From Longimicrobiales bacterium (GTDB taxonomy: Bacteria; Gemmatimonadota; Gemmatimonadetes; Longimicrobiales; Gaopeijiaceae), in NCBI GenBank assembly GCA_965248195.1, contig CBDFIQ010000002.1:2720001-2784000 (forward strand): 64,000 bases of DNA, given 5' to 3'. Below the pieces are notes generated by a model. The model made no database searches. It was given only the letters and a program-made list of their open reading frames with translations, and had not been told where the DNA came from. The number at the start of each line of letters is the position of its first letter. Positions within the stretch are counted from its first letter, which is position 1. Below, one piece after another: positions 29,313 through 39,346 of the stretch. Made by a program: the position numbers and the translations under genes.

Positions 29313-30467
29313 ATGTCATCGTCACGAGGTCTATTGTCCGTTTTGGTCGCCTGCACCCTCACCGTGCTGTCGGGGTGCGGAGTGGAAGGCGTTCCGTCCG
29401 CTTCGGCCATGTCCGTAGGCAATCCGATCACCGGCGAGGGTCTGGCAAACCCCGCTCCGACCGTGATGGCGGGTTGGGGCGACCTGCCCGCCGGCAGGGA
29501 GTGGGGATCAACCGCTGGCATCGACATCGACCCGAACGACGGGCACATCTGGGCGTACGAGCGTTGCGGCGCCAGTTCCTTCGGGCCGGGCTCTCTCAAC
29601 TGCGAGAACAATCTGGTCGACCCCATCTTCAAGTTCGACCGGAACACCGGCGAAGTTCTCGCCAACTTCGGAGCGGGGCTCTTTGTCACGCCACACGGCA
29701 TCCACGTGGGTAGCGACGGTAACGTTTGGGTGACCGACTTCGCGGGGAACGCCGAAGGAACCAAGGGCCATCAGGTCCACAAATTCAGCCCGACAGGCGA
29801 CCTGCTAATGTCACTCGGCATCGCGGGCCAGCCAGGGAGCGGGCCGGGCCAGCTGAACCAGCCCAACGACGTCGTCACCGGACCGGACGGGAGCATCTAC
29901 GTGAGTGACGGTCACAACGGCCAGGGCATGACCTCGAACCAGGCAATCGCCCAGGGACGAGAGGCGGGCTCGACGGGCCGCATCCTCAAGTACGCCGCGG
30001 ACGGCACGTTCATCAAGGAGTGGGGGCAAATCGGCACGCTGCACGGGGAGTTCCGCACGCCGCATGCGTTGGTGTTCGACTCCCAGGGTCGTCTGTGGGT
30101 CGCGGATCGCGGCAACCACCGCCTCGAGATCTTCGATCAGGACGGCAACTACCTCGAGTCCCGTTACAGCTTCGGGCGAATCAGCGGCATCTTCATTACC
30201 GAGGACGACATGGTCTACGCGATCGACTCCGAGTCGGGCCCGACCAATCATGTGAACTGGGTGAACGGGGTGCGCATCGCTCCGTTGAACGAAGACCGAA
30301 TCGTAGGCTACATCCCGGGCTTCCCCCACGACAGCCGGCCGTACCAAGGCGCGGCAGGTGAAGGCGTGGCGGTCGACGCGGACGGCAACGTCTACGCGGC
30401 GGAGGGCCCGAACTCGCTCTCGTGGGCCGGCGGCGGAGCGTTCACCAAGTACGTCGTAGGAATGTGA
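29313..30467 (+). CDS. NHL-repeat beta-propeller lipoprotein (PAL-like)
   Basis: LSGC lipobox; FVTPHGIHV, LNQPNDV, FRTPHAL, VADRGNHRLEIFD. Confidence 0.88.
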   Translation: MSSSRGLLSVLVACTLTVLSGCGVEGVPSASAMSVGNPITGEGLANPAPTVMAGWGDLPAGREWGSTAGIDIDPNDGHIWAYERCGASSFGPGSLNCENNLVDPIFKFDRNTGEVLANFGAGLFVTPHGIHVGSDGNVWVTDFAGNAEGTKGHQVHKFSPTGDLLMSLGIAGQPGSGPGQLNQPNDVVTGPDGSIYVSDGHNGQGMTSNQAIAQGREAGSTGRILKYAADGTFIKEWGQIGTLHGEFRTPHALVFDSQGRLWVADRGNHRLEIFDQDGNYLESRYSFGRISGIFITEDDMVYAIDSESGPTNHVNWVNGVRIAPLNEDRIVGYIPGFPHDSRPYQGAAGEGVAVDADGNVYAAEGPNSLSWAGGGAFTKYVVGM

Positions 30468-30587
30468 GGTAACTGGGGCGACGGGCGCCACCCGAGCCAC
30501 ACGCTCGACGTGGCGCCCCGCTCTGCACGTCGGCGGCCTACGCGCACTCGTGGGCGCTGGAATCAGGGGAATTTCAGAGGGCAGCCC

Positions 30588-30703
30588 ATCTCGAGGAAGT
30601 ACCGCGGGCTGGGGTGGCTCCGTCAGACGAACCCGTGACGGACTGCGCGCCGAACTGCCCTGACGGTGATTCCTCTACGCCACCCTGCTCACGCCCGAGC
30701 GCG
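30588..30703 (-). mobile_element. IS91-like transposase remnant (inverted homolog of 32620-32740)
   Basis: tcctctacgccaccctgctcacgcccgagcgc and atctcgaggaagtac match the reverse complement of that region. Confidence 0.7.
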
Positions 30704-30949
30704 AGCGGCCGCAGCCAGACGCAACCAGATGGGGTCAGACGCAAAAGGTCCCGTTCTTTTTTTCAGGAATGACGGGCAGATAGAGCCAGACGCAACTACA
30801 CGCAGAAGACTGGTGAGAACTCCAAAACCGGGGGTTGCAGGACTCTTTGCCCTCGCCTCTCGCTGCGCTCGAGGCATACGGGTCGAGTCCTGCTGTTTAC
30901 CACCGGATGTGGTTACGCGCCGATACGCGCTCGCGACCGACTGGCTGAG

Positions 30950-31538
30950 GCCGGGCTTGACCGCGATGCTCGAGACTCGAGGCGTGCTCTCCTCGGGTGA
31001 GCAGATCGACTACGCGATGGGTCAAACTCACGGCGAATACCGGGGCCTGGCGACGGTAGGACACGGCGGGAGCTTCGTGGGGTTCCGGGCCGACGTGCTT
31101 CGATTCCCATCTGAGCGTACGAGCATCATCACACTCTGCAATCGGGCCGACGGCAACCCCTCCTCGCGGGCTCGCGCGGTGGCCGACGTAGTCCTCGCCG
31201 ATCGACTTGGTCCACGCGCCACCGAAAGGGTGAGATCGGCCGGAAGCGGCGGTGATGCTCCGACGACCAGCCCCGTTTCGGACCCCTCTCCGTACATAGG
31301 GACTTACAACAGTCCCGAGCTGGACGTCGACTACGACTTCATGGAGATCGACGGTGCGCTGATCGTTCGCGGGGGCGCCGGCATCGATGATCAGGTCGTG
31401 GGTGTCGCCGGCGATACGCTGCGAGCGGGCTCCTTGACCTTCCGGTTCGTCCGCGTCGGCGGCCAAGTGACCGGCTTCGAACTCGACGCGGGACGAGTGG
31501 TGCACGTGCGCTTCGAGCGGATCATCGAGAGGCCCTGA
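30950..31538 (+). pseudogene. Serine hydrolase C-terminal fragment
   Basis: YAMG...GLATVGHGGSFVGFRA...LCNR; SxxK region absent. Confidence 0.75.
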
Positions 31539-31539
31539 G

Positions 31540-31782
31540 TCTGCGCGGGAGCGTCCTCCACTTCCTGTCTTTCGCCCTCTGCTCTGAGGGTCCACCTCTG
31601 TTCACCCATCGGGGCTTCACCCACCAGCCGCCCATCTAGGTATGCGCTCGTCCCATTCGAGCATTGTGGATGCTCCAGGCGCACGCTTGCCCCCCAAGCC
31701 TGCGCCAGTCCTCATGTTGACCGCTTTGCTCCCGCCCCCCACCTTTTCCTGACCCGTCAAAGGGCTTTTGATTTACCTATCC
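31540..31782 (+). mobile_element. IS91/ISCR-like non-coding end with oriIS-like terminus
   Basis: Shares ctctgctctgagg.tccacc.ctgttcacccatcggggcttc with 32927-32968; ends ttttgatttacctatcc. Confidence 0.65.
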
Positions 31783-31784
31783 TT

Positions 31785-31937
31785 ATCTCTTTGATCTGCC
31801 GCATCTCTTTGATCTGCCGCCAACGGTGGCGTTGGCATTATCGTCGCCGTTGCCGTCACGGTCGGTGCCCGCATTGTGGGTGCAGATGTGGGCACTGCCC
31901 GTGTGGGGACGACGAGGACGGGGACGACGAGGACTAA
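31785..31937 (+). pseudogene. Truncated Cys/His-rich paralog
   Basis: ISLICRISLICRQRWRWHYRRRCRHGRCPHCGCRCGHCPCGDDEDGDDED*; starts with an 18-bp tandem duplication. Confidence 0.7.
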
Positions 31938-31959
31938 TGACCCTGGAGACCTGCGGATC

Positions 31960-32424
31960 ATGATGGAGTTGGTAACCTGGTACCTCGAAACCGTCTCCGC
32001 GTTCTTTGTCAGCCTGACCAGTGGCGTACTCTTCAAGCTGATCCTGATCTGCTGTCTCATCTCTTTGATCTGCCGCCGACGGATGCGCTGGCGTCACCGT
32101 CACTGCAGGTGTCGCTGCCGGTGCCCGCACTGTGGGTGTAGTTGTGGGCACTGCCCGTGTGGGGACGACGAGGCCGGGGACGACAAGAACGGGGGCGACG
32201 TGAACGGGCGCGACGAGAACGAGGACGACCAGAGCGGGGACCATGGGGACGGGGACGACGAGAACGGGGACGACGAGAACGGGGACGACCAGGACGGGGA
32301 CGGGAAAGACAAGGACGGGGACGACAAGAACAAGGGCGATGGGGACGAAGGACGGGGACGACAAGGACGAGAACGGGGACGACCACGACGAGGACGGGGA
32401 CGACGAGGACGAGGACGAGGCTAA
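31960..32424 (+). CDS. Membrane-anchored Cys/His-rich protein with Asp/Gly-rich repeat tail
   Basis: ggag RBS; TM helix; HRHCRCRCRCPHCGCSCGHCPC; ggggacgac repeats; probable frameshift near 32347. Confidence 0.7.
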   Translation: MMELVTWYLETVSAFFVSLTSGVLFKLILICCLISLICRRRMRWRHRHCRCRCRCPHCGCSCGHCPCGDDEAGDDKNGGDVNGRDENEDDQSGDHGDGDDENGDDENGDDQDGDGKDKDGDDKNKGDGDEGRGRQGRERGRPRRGRGRRGRGRG

Positions 32425-32438
32425 CGGGTACGGTGCGA

Positions 32439-32968
32439 CAGCAGGCGAGCGCATCGTCTATCGCCTCCCCAATCCCGCACCCGATGGTATCACCGCTCTC
32501 TCGCTCACTCCTCTGGAGTTCCTCGAGCGACTCGCCCTACTCATTCACCCGCCACGCATGCATCGCCATAGCTATCACGGGGTGCTGGCTCCCAATGCCA
32601 AGCTCAGGGATCAGGTCATCGCGCTCGGGCGTGAGCAGAGCGGCGTAGAGGAGTTGCCGCCAGGGGCAACTCGCCACGCAGTCTGTCGCGGATTCGTCTG
32701 ACGGAGCCGCACCAGGCCGCCGTACTTCCTCGAGATAGGCAGCGCTCATCGCTCGCATCTATGACGTCCTCCCACTCGTCTGCCCGGGCACCGCGCGAAG
32801 CGTGGTCGGGCACCTTCGCGTTCGATCAGACGAGCGGCTTCGACCCCGCCGAGCCCGAACCCGTTCCTGACTTCGACTTCGATCAGTCCCCGCCCGACTG
32901 AGAGCACGCTCCCACGGCCATGTGCCTCTGCTCTGAGGCTCCACCCCTGTTCACCCATCGGGGCTTCG
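32439..32968 (+). mobile_element. IS91-family (Y2) transposase 3' remnant
   Basis: LTPLEFLERLALLIHPPRMHRHSYHGVLAPNAKLR; ALIARIYDVLPLVCP; frameshifted. Confidence 0.85.
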
Positions 32969-33029
32969 GTCCGACGACCCCCAGCGTGCAGCTTGACGCA
33001 TGCGCGTCCAGTCCGATATACCTGTCCAT
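32967..33029 (-). pseudogene. IS110-family transposase N-terminal stub
   Basis: MDRYIGLDAHASSCTLGVVGP. Confidence 0.65.
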
Positions 33030-33030
33030 G

Positions 33031-34406
33031 GGTAGTGTCCCTAGATTTGTGTAAAAGCGGATAAGCTGGACAGGAGGGAAAGAAAAACGGAAGCTCCTCT
33101 GTTGTTGTTCACTGTCACATGAACCCGGGAGTCCGGGTCTGCAGAGCAGGCTCGGAACCGGAGAGGAGCTTCCGATGCAAGAGATTGTGGAGATCGGTCG
33201 GGCCACGCAAGACGAGCTACGCGATGATTTGCGCGAGCTGTTTCAAGGCGCGATCCGGCTGACGCTCGAGATGGTGCTGGAAGAGGAGCTGAAGGCCATG
33301 GTAGGTGCACGCCGCTTCGAGCGGGTGGGAAGCCGGAAGGACCATAGGAACGGCACATACCTGAGGCGGCTGCTGACGAGCCTGGGGCAGATCGAGGTCG
33401 CCATGCCCCGGAGCCGGGACAACGGTTCGCCGGCCGACGTGATCGGCCGCTACCAGCGCAGGAGCCCCGAGCTCGACGAGATGATGGTCGAGGCGTATGT
33501 GAGCGGCGTGTCACAGCGCAAGATGGGCGACGTCACCGAGGCGCTGATGGGCGAGCGTGTTGGGCGCTCGACGGTGAGTCGTGTGGCAAAACGGCTCGAC
33601 GAGGCCGTGGAAGGGCTGCGCCGTGCGCCGATCGAGGGGCCTCACCCCTATCTGTACCTGGACGCCACGTTCTTGGACGCCCGCTGGGCCCGCAAAGTCG
33701 AGAACGTGAGTGCGCTCGTGGCGTATGCAGTGGGCCCTGAGGGTCACCGACGGCTCCTGGCCGTCACGCTGGGCGCTGAGGAGTCGCAGCAGAGCTGGTC
33801 GGAGCTCCTCGAGCAACTCCAGGACCGCGGCCTCGGCGGTGTCGAGCTCGTGATCGCCGATGAGCACGCAGGCCTGGCAGCTGCGGTCCGCCGCTTCCTG
33901 CCCGAGGCACGCCGTCAGAGGTGTACGGTCCATCTGCAGCGTAATGTGGGGGCGAGGGTCCCCCACCGCCTACGCAAGCGCGTGGCGCGTGAGGTCTCGG
34001 TGATCTTCCAGACATCCGGACTCGCCGAGGCGAAGAAGCTCCTGGGCGAGTTCGGCGCACGCTGGAAGAAGGAGCTGCCCGAGGCCGTGGAGGTCCTGGA
34101 GCGGGGCTTCGGGGCAGCGACGCAGTTCTACGCGTTCCCCGAGGCGCACTGGCCCCGGCTGCGTACCACCAACAGCCTCGAGCGGCTGCACGGCGAGATC
34201 AAACGCAGGATCAAGGCCGCCGGCGCCTTCCCGGACCGGGCCAGCGCCCTCAGGCTCATCACGGCCGTCGCACTCAGGACCACACACGTCTGGGGCGACC
34301 GGCGTTACCTCGACCTCTCACTCCTCCAGAAACAGGAGGTCGCCCAAGCAGCCTAGCCGAAGGCGAGGAGCTTCCTCCGCTTTTACACACAAATCGGGAC
34401 TTGACC
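33031..34406 (+). mobile_element. IS256-family element, copy 4 (transposase 33175-34356)
   Basis: Same protein and IRs; no 8-9 bp target duplication. Confidence 0.97.
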
Positions 34407-36710
34407 CATGCTCCGCGAGTTGGTGCTTGTTGCCGTGGACTTGCCGGGGTTTCAGTTGGAAGTCGAGACCGCTTTGTTCGACTATTTAGTCGGTGGGAAT
34501 GGTCGTTTCCACTACTCTCATGACCCCTTTGGTGGCATTGGCAAAGGCATTGTGGCGCGAATGCATGCCAATCAAGCCGGCAATTCTTATTGGGCTTCAG
34601 TTTGGGCTTCAGCCAGAATCACGGGCGGCATGGCCCATGACATGGCTGAAGGCATTGTGATGTTGCCTGTGGATATGGTTGAAGGATTAGCCGAAGGTAA
34701 CCCCGAAAAGTCGGGCAAAGCCACTGGCGTTATAGCCGCTTTTTTCTTGCCAGCTGCCAAGATGCCTCGTCTGGGGAAGAGATTCGGAGCCTTTACTCGA
34801 GAGTTAGTCTTATCGGCAGCGCTCAGAAATCCGTTTCCCCGTGTTCAATTGCCCACAAACCGGGTTCCGATAGAAATTCGCGCACCGTTAAATCCCAGTC
34901 CTGCTTTGTTGACACCCATTGCCGGCAACCCACTCGTTGGATTTGGCAGTGCCAATAATTTGTATAAGATGTTAATGCAATTTCGTTTACAGCAAGTAAA
35001 ACAAGAAATTGCAGAACTGACCGCACGCGTACAACAACTGCATCCACAATTGGTCAAGTCCCGATTTGTGTGTAAAAGCGGAGGAAGCTCCTCGCCTTCG
35101 GCTAGGCTGCTTGGGCGACCTCCTGTTTCTGGAGGAGTGAGAGGTCGAGGTAACGCCGGTCGCCCCAGACGTGTGTGGTCCTGAGTGCGACGGCCGTGAT
35201 GAGCCTGAGGGCGCTGGCCCGGTCCGGGAAGGCGCCGGCGGCCTTGATCCTGCGTTTGATCTCGCCGTGCAGCCGCTCGAGGCTGTTGGTGGTACGCAGC
35301 CGGGGCCAGTGCGCCTCGGGGAACGCGTAGAACTGCGTCGCTGCCCCGAAGCCCCGCTCCAGGACCTCCACGGCCTCGGGCAGCTCCTTCTTCCAGCGTG
35401 CGCCGAACTCGCCCAGGAGCTTCTTCGCCTCGGCGAGTCCGGATGTCTGGAAGATCACCGAGACCTCACGCGCCACGCGCTTGCGTAGGCGGTGGGGGAC
35501 CCTCGCCCCCACATTACGCTGCAGATGGACCGTACACCTCTGACGGCGTGCCTCGGGCAGGAAGCGGCGGACCGCAGCTGCCAGGCCTGCGTGCTCATCG
35601 GCGATCACGAGCTCGACACCGCCGAGGCCGCGGTCCTGGAGTTGCTCGAGGAGCTCCGACCAGCTCTGCTGCGACTCCTCAGCGCCCAGCGTGACGGCCA
35701 GGAGCCGTCGGTGACCCTCAGGGCCCACTGCATACGCCACGAGCGCACTCACGTTCTCGACTTTGCGGGCCCAGCGGGCGTCCAAGAACGTGGCGTCCAG
35801 GTACAGATAGGGGTGAGGCCCCTCGATCGGCGCACGGCGCAGCCCTTCCACGGCCTCGTCGAGCCGTTTTGCCACACGACTCACCGTCGAGCGCCCAACA
35901 CGCTCGCCCATCAGCGCCTCGGTGACGTCGCCCATCTTGCGCTGTGACACGCCGCTCACATACGCCTCGACCATCATCTCGTCGAGCTCGGGGCTCCTGC
36001 GCTGGTAGCGGCCGATCACGTCGGCCGGCGAACCGTTGTCCCGGCTCCGGGGCATGGCGACCTCGATCTGCCCCAGGCTCGTCAGCAGCCGCCTCAGGTA
36101 TGTGCCGTTCCTATGGTCCTTCCGGCTTCCCACCCGCTCGAAGCGGCGTGCACCTACCATGGCCTTCAGCTCCTCTTCCAGCACCATCTCGAGCGTCAGC
36201 CGGATCGCGCCTTGAAACAGCTCGCGCAAATCATCGCGTAGCTCGTCTTGCGTGGCCCGACCGATCTCCACAATCTCTTGCATCGGAAGCTCCTCTCCGG
36301 TTCCGAGCCTGCTCTGCAGACCCGGACTCCCGGGTTCATGTGACAGTGAACAACAACAGAGGAGCTTCCGTTTTTCTTTCCCTCCTGTCCAGCTTATCCG
36401 CTTTTACACAAATCTAGGGACACTACCTCCACAATTTGAGCCATCCCCATGGGGGCAAATTCAGGTTACTACAGCAGGTATGAGCACGAACCAAGGCACG
36501 CGACTATATGCATTAAGTAGACCATTGGGTTTGGGTAAAGGTAAGAATCCATCGGACGTAAGATTTCTGGAGGACGGCGTAGAGTTGGGTGTTAATGCAT
36601 CCGGAGGTTTCCACGCCGAATGGAAATTGGAATTGGCTGCGGCGCAAAGTTTTCAGGGAGGCAGGGTAGTTGTCGCTAGCCGGACTATCTGTCTCGACAA
36701 GTGCGTTTAG
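34407..36710 (+). pseudogene. Polymorphic-toxin C-terminus with Zn-deaminase-like domain, split by IS256 (34407-35051 + 36437-36710)
   Basis: Rejoined frame RVQQLHPQ|FEPSPW...FHAEWKL...ASRTICLDKC. Confidence 0.7.
35052..36427 (-). mobile_element. IS256-family element, copy 5 (transposase 35102-36283)
   Basis: Perfect 9-bp target duplication tccacaatt at 35043-35051 and 36428-36436. Confidence 0.97.
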
Positions 36711-37009
36711 TTCTTAACCCCAAGAGGTTGGGTTGTTGTATCCTCAAGAGCAGCCGTTAATCCAAGAAATGTCAGCATTCCCCCACGCTTACTGCGTCCA
36801 AGAACGCCAAATTGGTAACAAGTGAATAGGTAGAGTAAACGCTATATTTGTCTAAGAGCAAGAGGATTCATTGGTCTCTTCTGCCGTCATTTACTGATAG
36901 GAAGTATGAAGGCCATTTTTCCCAAACGGGACCTGAAATCGTCGGTGAGCAAGGCCAAGTTTTGATGGGCAGCGAAGGAACTGCAACCCTCGCCATATGG
37001 ACTCCCTGA

Positions 37010-38662
37010 GTGCCTGAACTCCAATACGACAAACAAAACCGCCTGGTCGACGACGGCGTCCAGAAATACTTCTGGGAAGAAAACGATCTTGTTCGGGTGG
37101 AACGGAACAGGCGCGTCATCAAGTATTTCTACGCCCAGGGAAGACTCATGGGGCGGGAGTCCAACGGCGTCCGGGAAACCTTCAAGTATTCCTACGCCGG
37201 CCCGGCCACGGCCCATTTCAAGATCGAAGTGAACGGCCAAGTGAAAGAGACTTATACCTTTTTCCGGGAAAGGCTCCGCACAGTTCAAATAAACAACCAA
37301 ACCCTCAAAGTCGTTTGCAGCGACGAGGGCACGGTCCAGTCCCTCTTGAATGCCCAAGACGAAGTGGTTCAGGGATATCTTTACAACCACAACGGGGTTG
37401 TCGCCCATGTATACGGCCTAAACCCGAGCCCGCCCTCAAGCCGGTTTCTCCTGCAAAGTCAGTTCTACGATCACGAGACCGGGCTGGTGTGCGTGCATCT
37501 CCGCGACTGGTTCAACCCCCGCTTGGGAATTGTCCTGCCCGAGGGAATGGTTCTTTCCGGCTTTTCAGATCCCCTGTGCGGTGCTCTGGCGGAGAATGGG
37601 GCGGAGCCAGAGGAACCCAGTTGGGACGAGGAGGCCCTGCGCCTGGTCCTAAAGGAAGGAGACGAACGGAGGGCGGCCCGTCAAGCGTTTATAGACAAGG
37701 AACACGGCCCTATCGCCCTCTGGGTCCGGTACGAGGGTGTCTTCGATGAAGTTGGCGAGGCGCTCAAGAAAGACGCGGCCGGCCTGACCGTCGGTCTCAT
37801 ACGGGCGGACCAAAGAATCTCCGAAGTGGGTTTCTTCCGTTTCGGCGGGGAAGTATGGGACAACATCACAGCGCTAGGCATCCTGATGGAAAGCCCACCG
37901 ATGAAGTTGATTCAGGCGGATATGGCCGAAACCGAAACCGAACACGACCGTCTGATGGTGGAGGGTTATTTGGGCTATCTCGCGGACGCTTCGGTTGTGC
38001 TCCTTCCCGCGGGAAGGACAAGACGTATAGTCCGCATTCCCCGTCTCCCTCGAAATATGGGCCGTGTGTTGCCACGAAGGACGGCGCGAATCAAGCCCTC
38101 GCAATACCCCTACGCACCGGGACAAAAATTCGACGTCGTCCCGGACGGCCCCGTCCCCGCGGGGTGGCCCAACCGAAAGGCGTACGCCGCCACCCTGCGG
38201 TACGTGCAAAAGAACTTTGAAGCCCCCGGTTCCTTCAAGGGGACGGGAATCTATCGGCGCATCCGGGAAGCCCGGGGCAAGTTCAACAATTTCCGCGACT
38301 ACCCTGACGGCACTCTCAAGCACAACGTCGCGGTGATGTTGGGAGAGTTGGACGGCAAAGTGGTCTCCCCCCAAATCGCCGCCAGCGGAATGCAGGGCAC
38401 CGCCATGCCCACGGGCTGGATCAGGACGCTGGGCCCAGCCTTCGCCAGACTGCCCTGGCTCAAACAGGTCTGCAACTGGTGCCACACGGAGTTCAAGATG
38501 CTCGACCCCATCTTCAGATCCGGCCGACGCGGCCTCCGGGGCACCCTGGTGATCTTCACCGAACGCTACCCGTGCAAAGGCTGTTTCAGCAGCATCCAAA
38601 AATTCCGAGAACAATTTCCCGACGTCAACATCATCACCGTCAGCAACCGCGGGGTGAAATAA
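37010..38662 (+). CDS. Short Rhs-core protein with C-terminal toxin deaminase domain
   Basis: Degenerate Rhs core (QFYDHETGL...WFNPRLG...DPLCG); HTEFKML...GTLVIFTERYPCKGC...QKFREQFPDVNI. Confidence 0.8.
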   Translation: MPELQYDKQNRLVDDGVQKYFWEENDLVRVERNRRVIKYFYAQGRLMGRESNGVRETFKYSYAGPATAHFKIEVNGQVKETYTFFRERLRTVQINNQTLKVVCSDEGTVQSLLNAQDEVVQGYLYNHNGVVAHVYGLNPSPPSSRFLLQSQFYDHETGLVCVHLRDWFNPRLGIVLPEGMVLSGFSDPLCGALAENGAEPEEPSWDEEALRLVLKEGDERRAARQAFIDKEHGPIALWVRYEGVFDEVGEALKKDAAGLTVGLIRADQRISEVGFFRFGGEVWDNITALGILMESPPMKLIQADMAETETEHDRLMVEGYLGYLADASVVLLPAGRTRRIVRIPRLPRNMGRVLPRRTARIKPSQYPYAPGQKFDVVPDGPVPAGWPNRKAYAATLRYVQKNFEAPGSFKGTGIYRRIREARGKFNNFRDYPDGTLKHNVAVMLGELDGKVVSPQIAASGMQGTAMPTGWIRTLGPAFARLPWLKQVCNWCHTEFKMLDPIFRSGRRGLRGTLVIFTERYPCKGCFSSIQKFREQFPDVNIITVSNRGVK

Positions 38663-38815
38663 GAAGTGGAGCGAGTGGCCTCGACAGACCGCTTTAAGCC
38701 TGACTAGATGTTGCCGTTTCCATATGGGCCTCCTTCTCTTCTCGAAGTCGGTCTTACCCGGATCTAGGCTGTCGTGGTGACCCGGGTGACCGTTGGGTCG
38801 GCATTGAGGTCCCTC

Positions 38816-39004
38816 CTACGAAGTCACGTTGCTCGTCTTTCCTTGACTGAACCCATCCGCGACTCCCTGACCCACCACGTACGCGGCGATCATCGTTGCG
38901 ATTTCTGTGGCCGCGGCGTCGGCGAAGCCGAAGACCTGGGTCAGGATGAGCACGATGATCCCGGTGAACAAAGCGGTGAACTTCTTACTCTTGAAGAATC
39001 CCAT
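38816..39004 (-). CDS. Small holin-like membrane protein
   Basis: 62 aa, FKSKKF start, two hydrophobic helices, AYVVGQGVAD. Confidence 0.5.
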   Translation of the reverse strand: MGFFKSKKFTALFTGIIVLILTQVFGFADAAATEIATMIAAYVVGQGVADGFSQGKTSNVTS

Positions 39005-39346
39005 GATGGCCCCCTTGGTTGGACGGGATGGCACCTCGTGAGTCCGGCTGAGGCTTGGACCGTTTCCACCTTCTCACTTTTCGCACCCGGGGGGGCCGGA
39101 AAATCGTCTTCAGACTAAGCTTCTCGTGGGGTAACCGCAATTGATCGCTGAAGCCATCAGGGTCAAAGCTCGACGGACCCGCCATCCCTGACGCGGGGTC
39201 GGGTCCGTTCTGGAAGCGCAGGGTGGGGTCGGGGGGCGGGACCGGGGACAGCCGCCCCGAGATGGAGTGAGACGGCGATCCCACCACCATGTCAGGGCGA
39301 CGATCTCCGCTCACCTCCGGTTCAGGCAAGGAGCCCTGAAGCCAGG

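Noticed and set aside
32160..32420. ggggacgac repeats as a CRISPR array
   Set aside because: Short codon-phased repeats with no unique spacers and no cas genes; they encode Gly-Asp-Asp
33027..34410. catg on both sides of IS256 copy 4 as a target duplication
   Set aside because: Only 4 bp, whereas this element makes 8-9 bp duplications, and the flanks belong to unrelated genes
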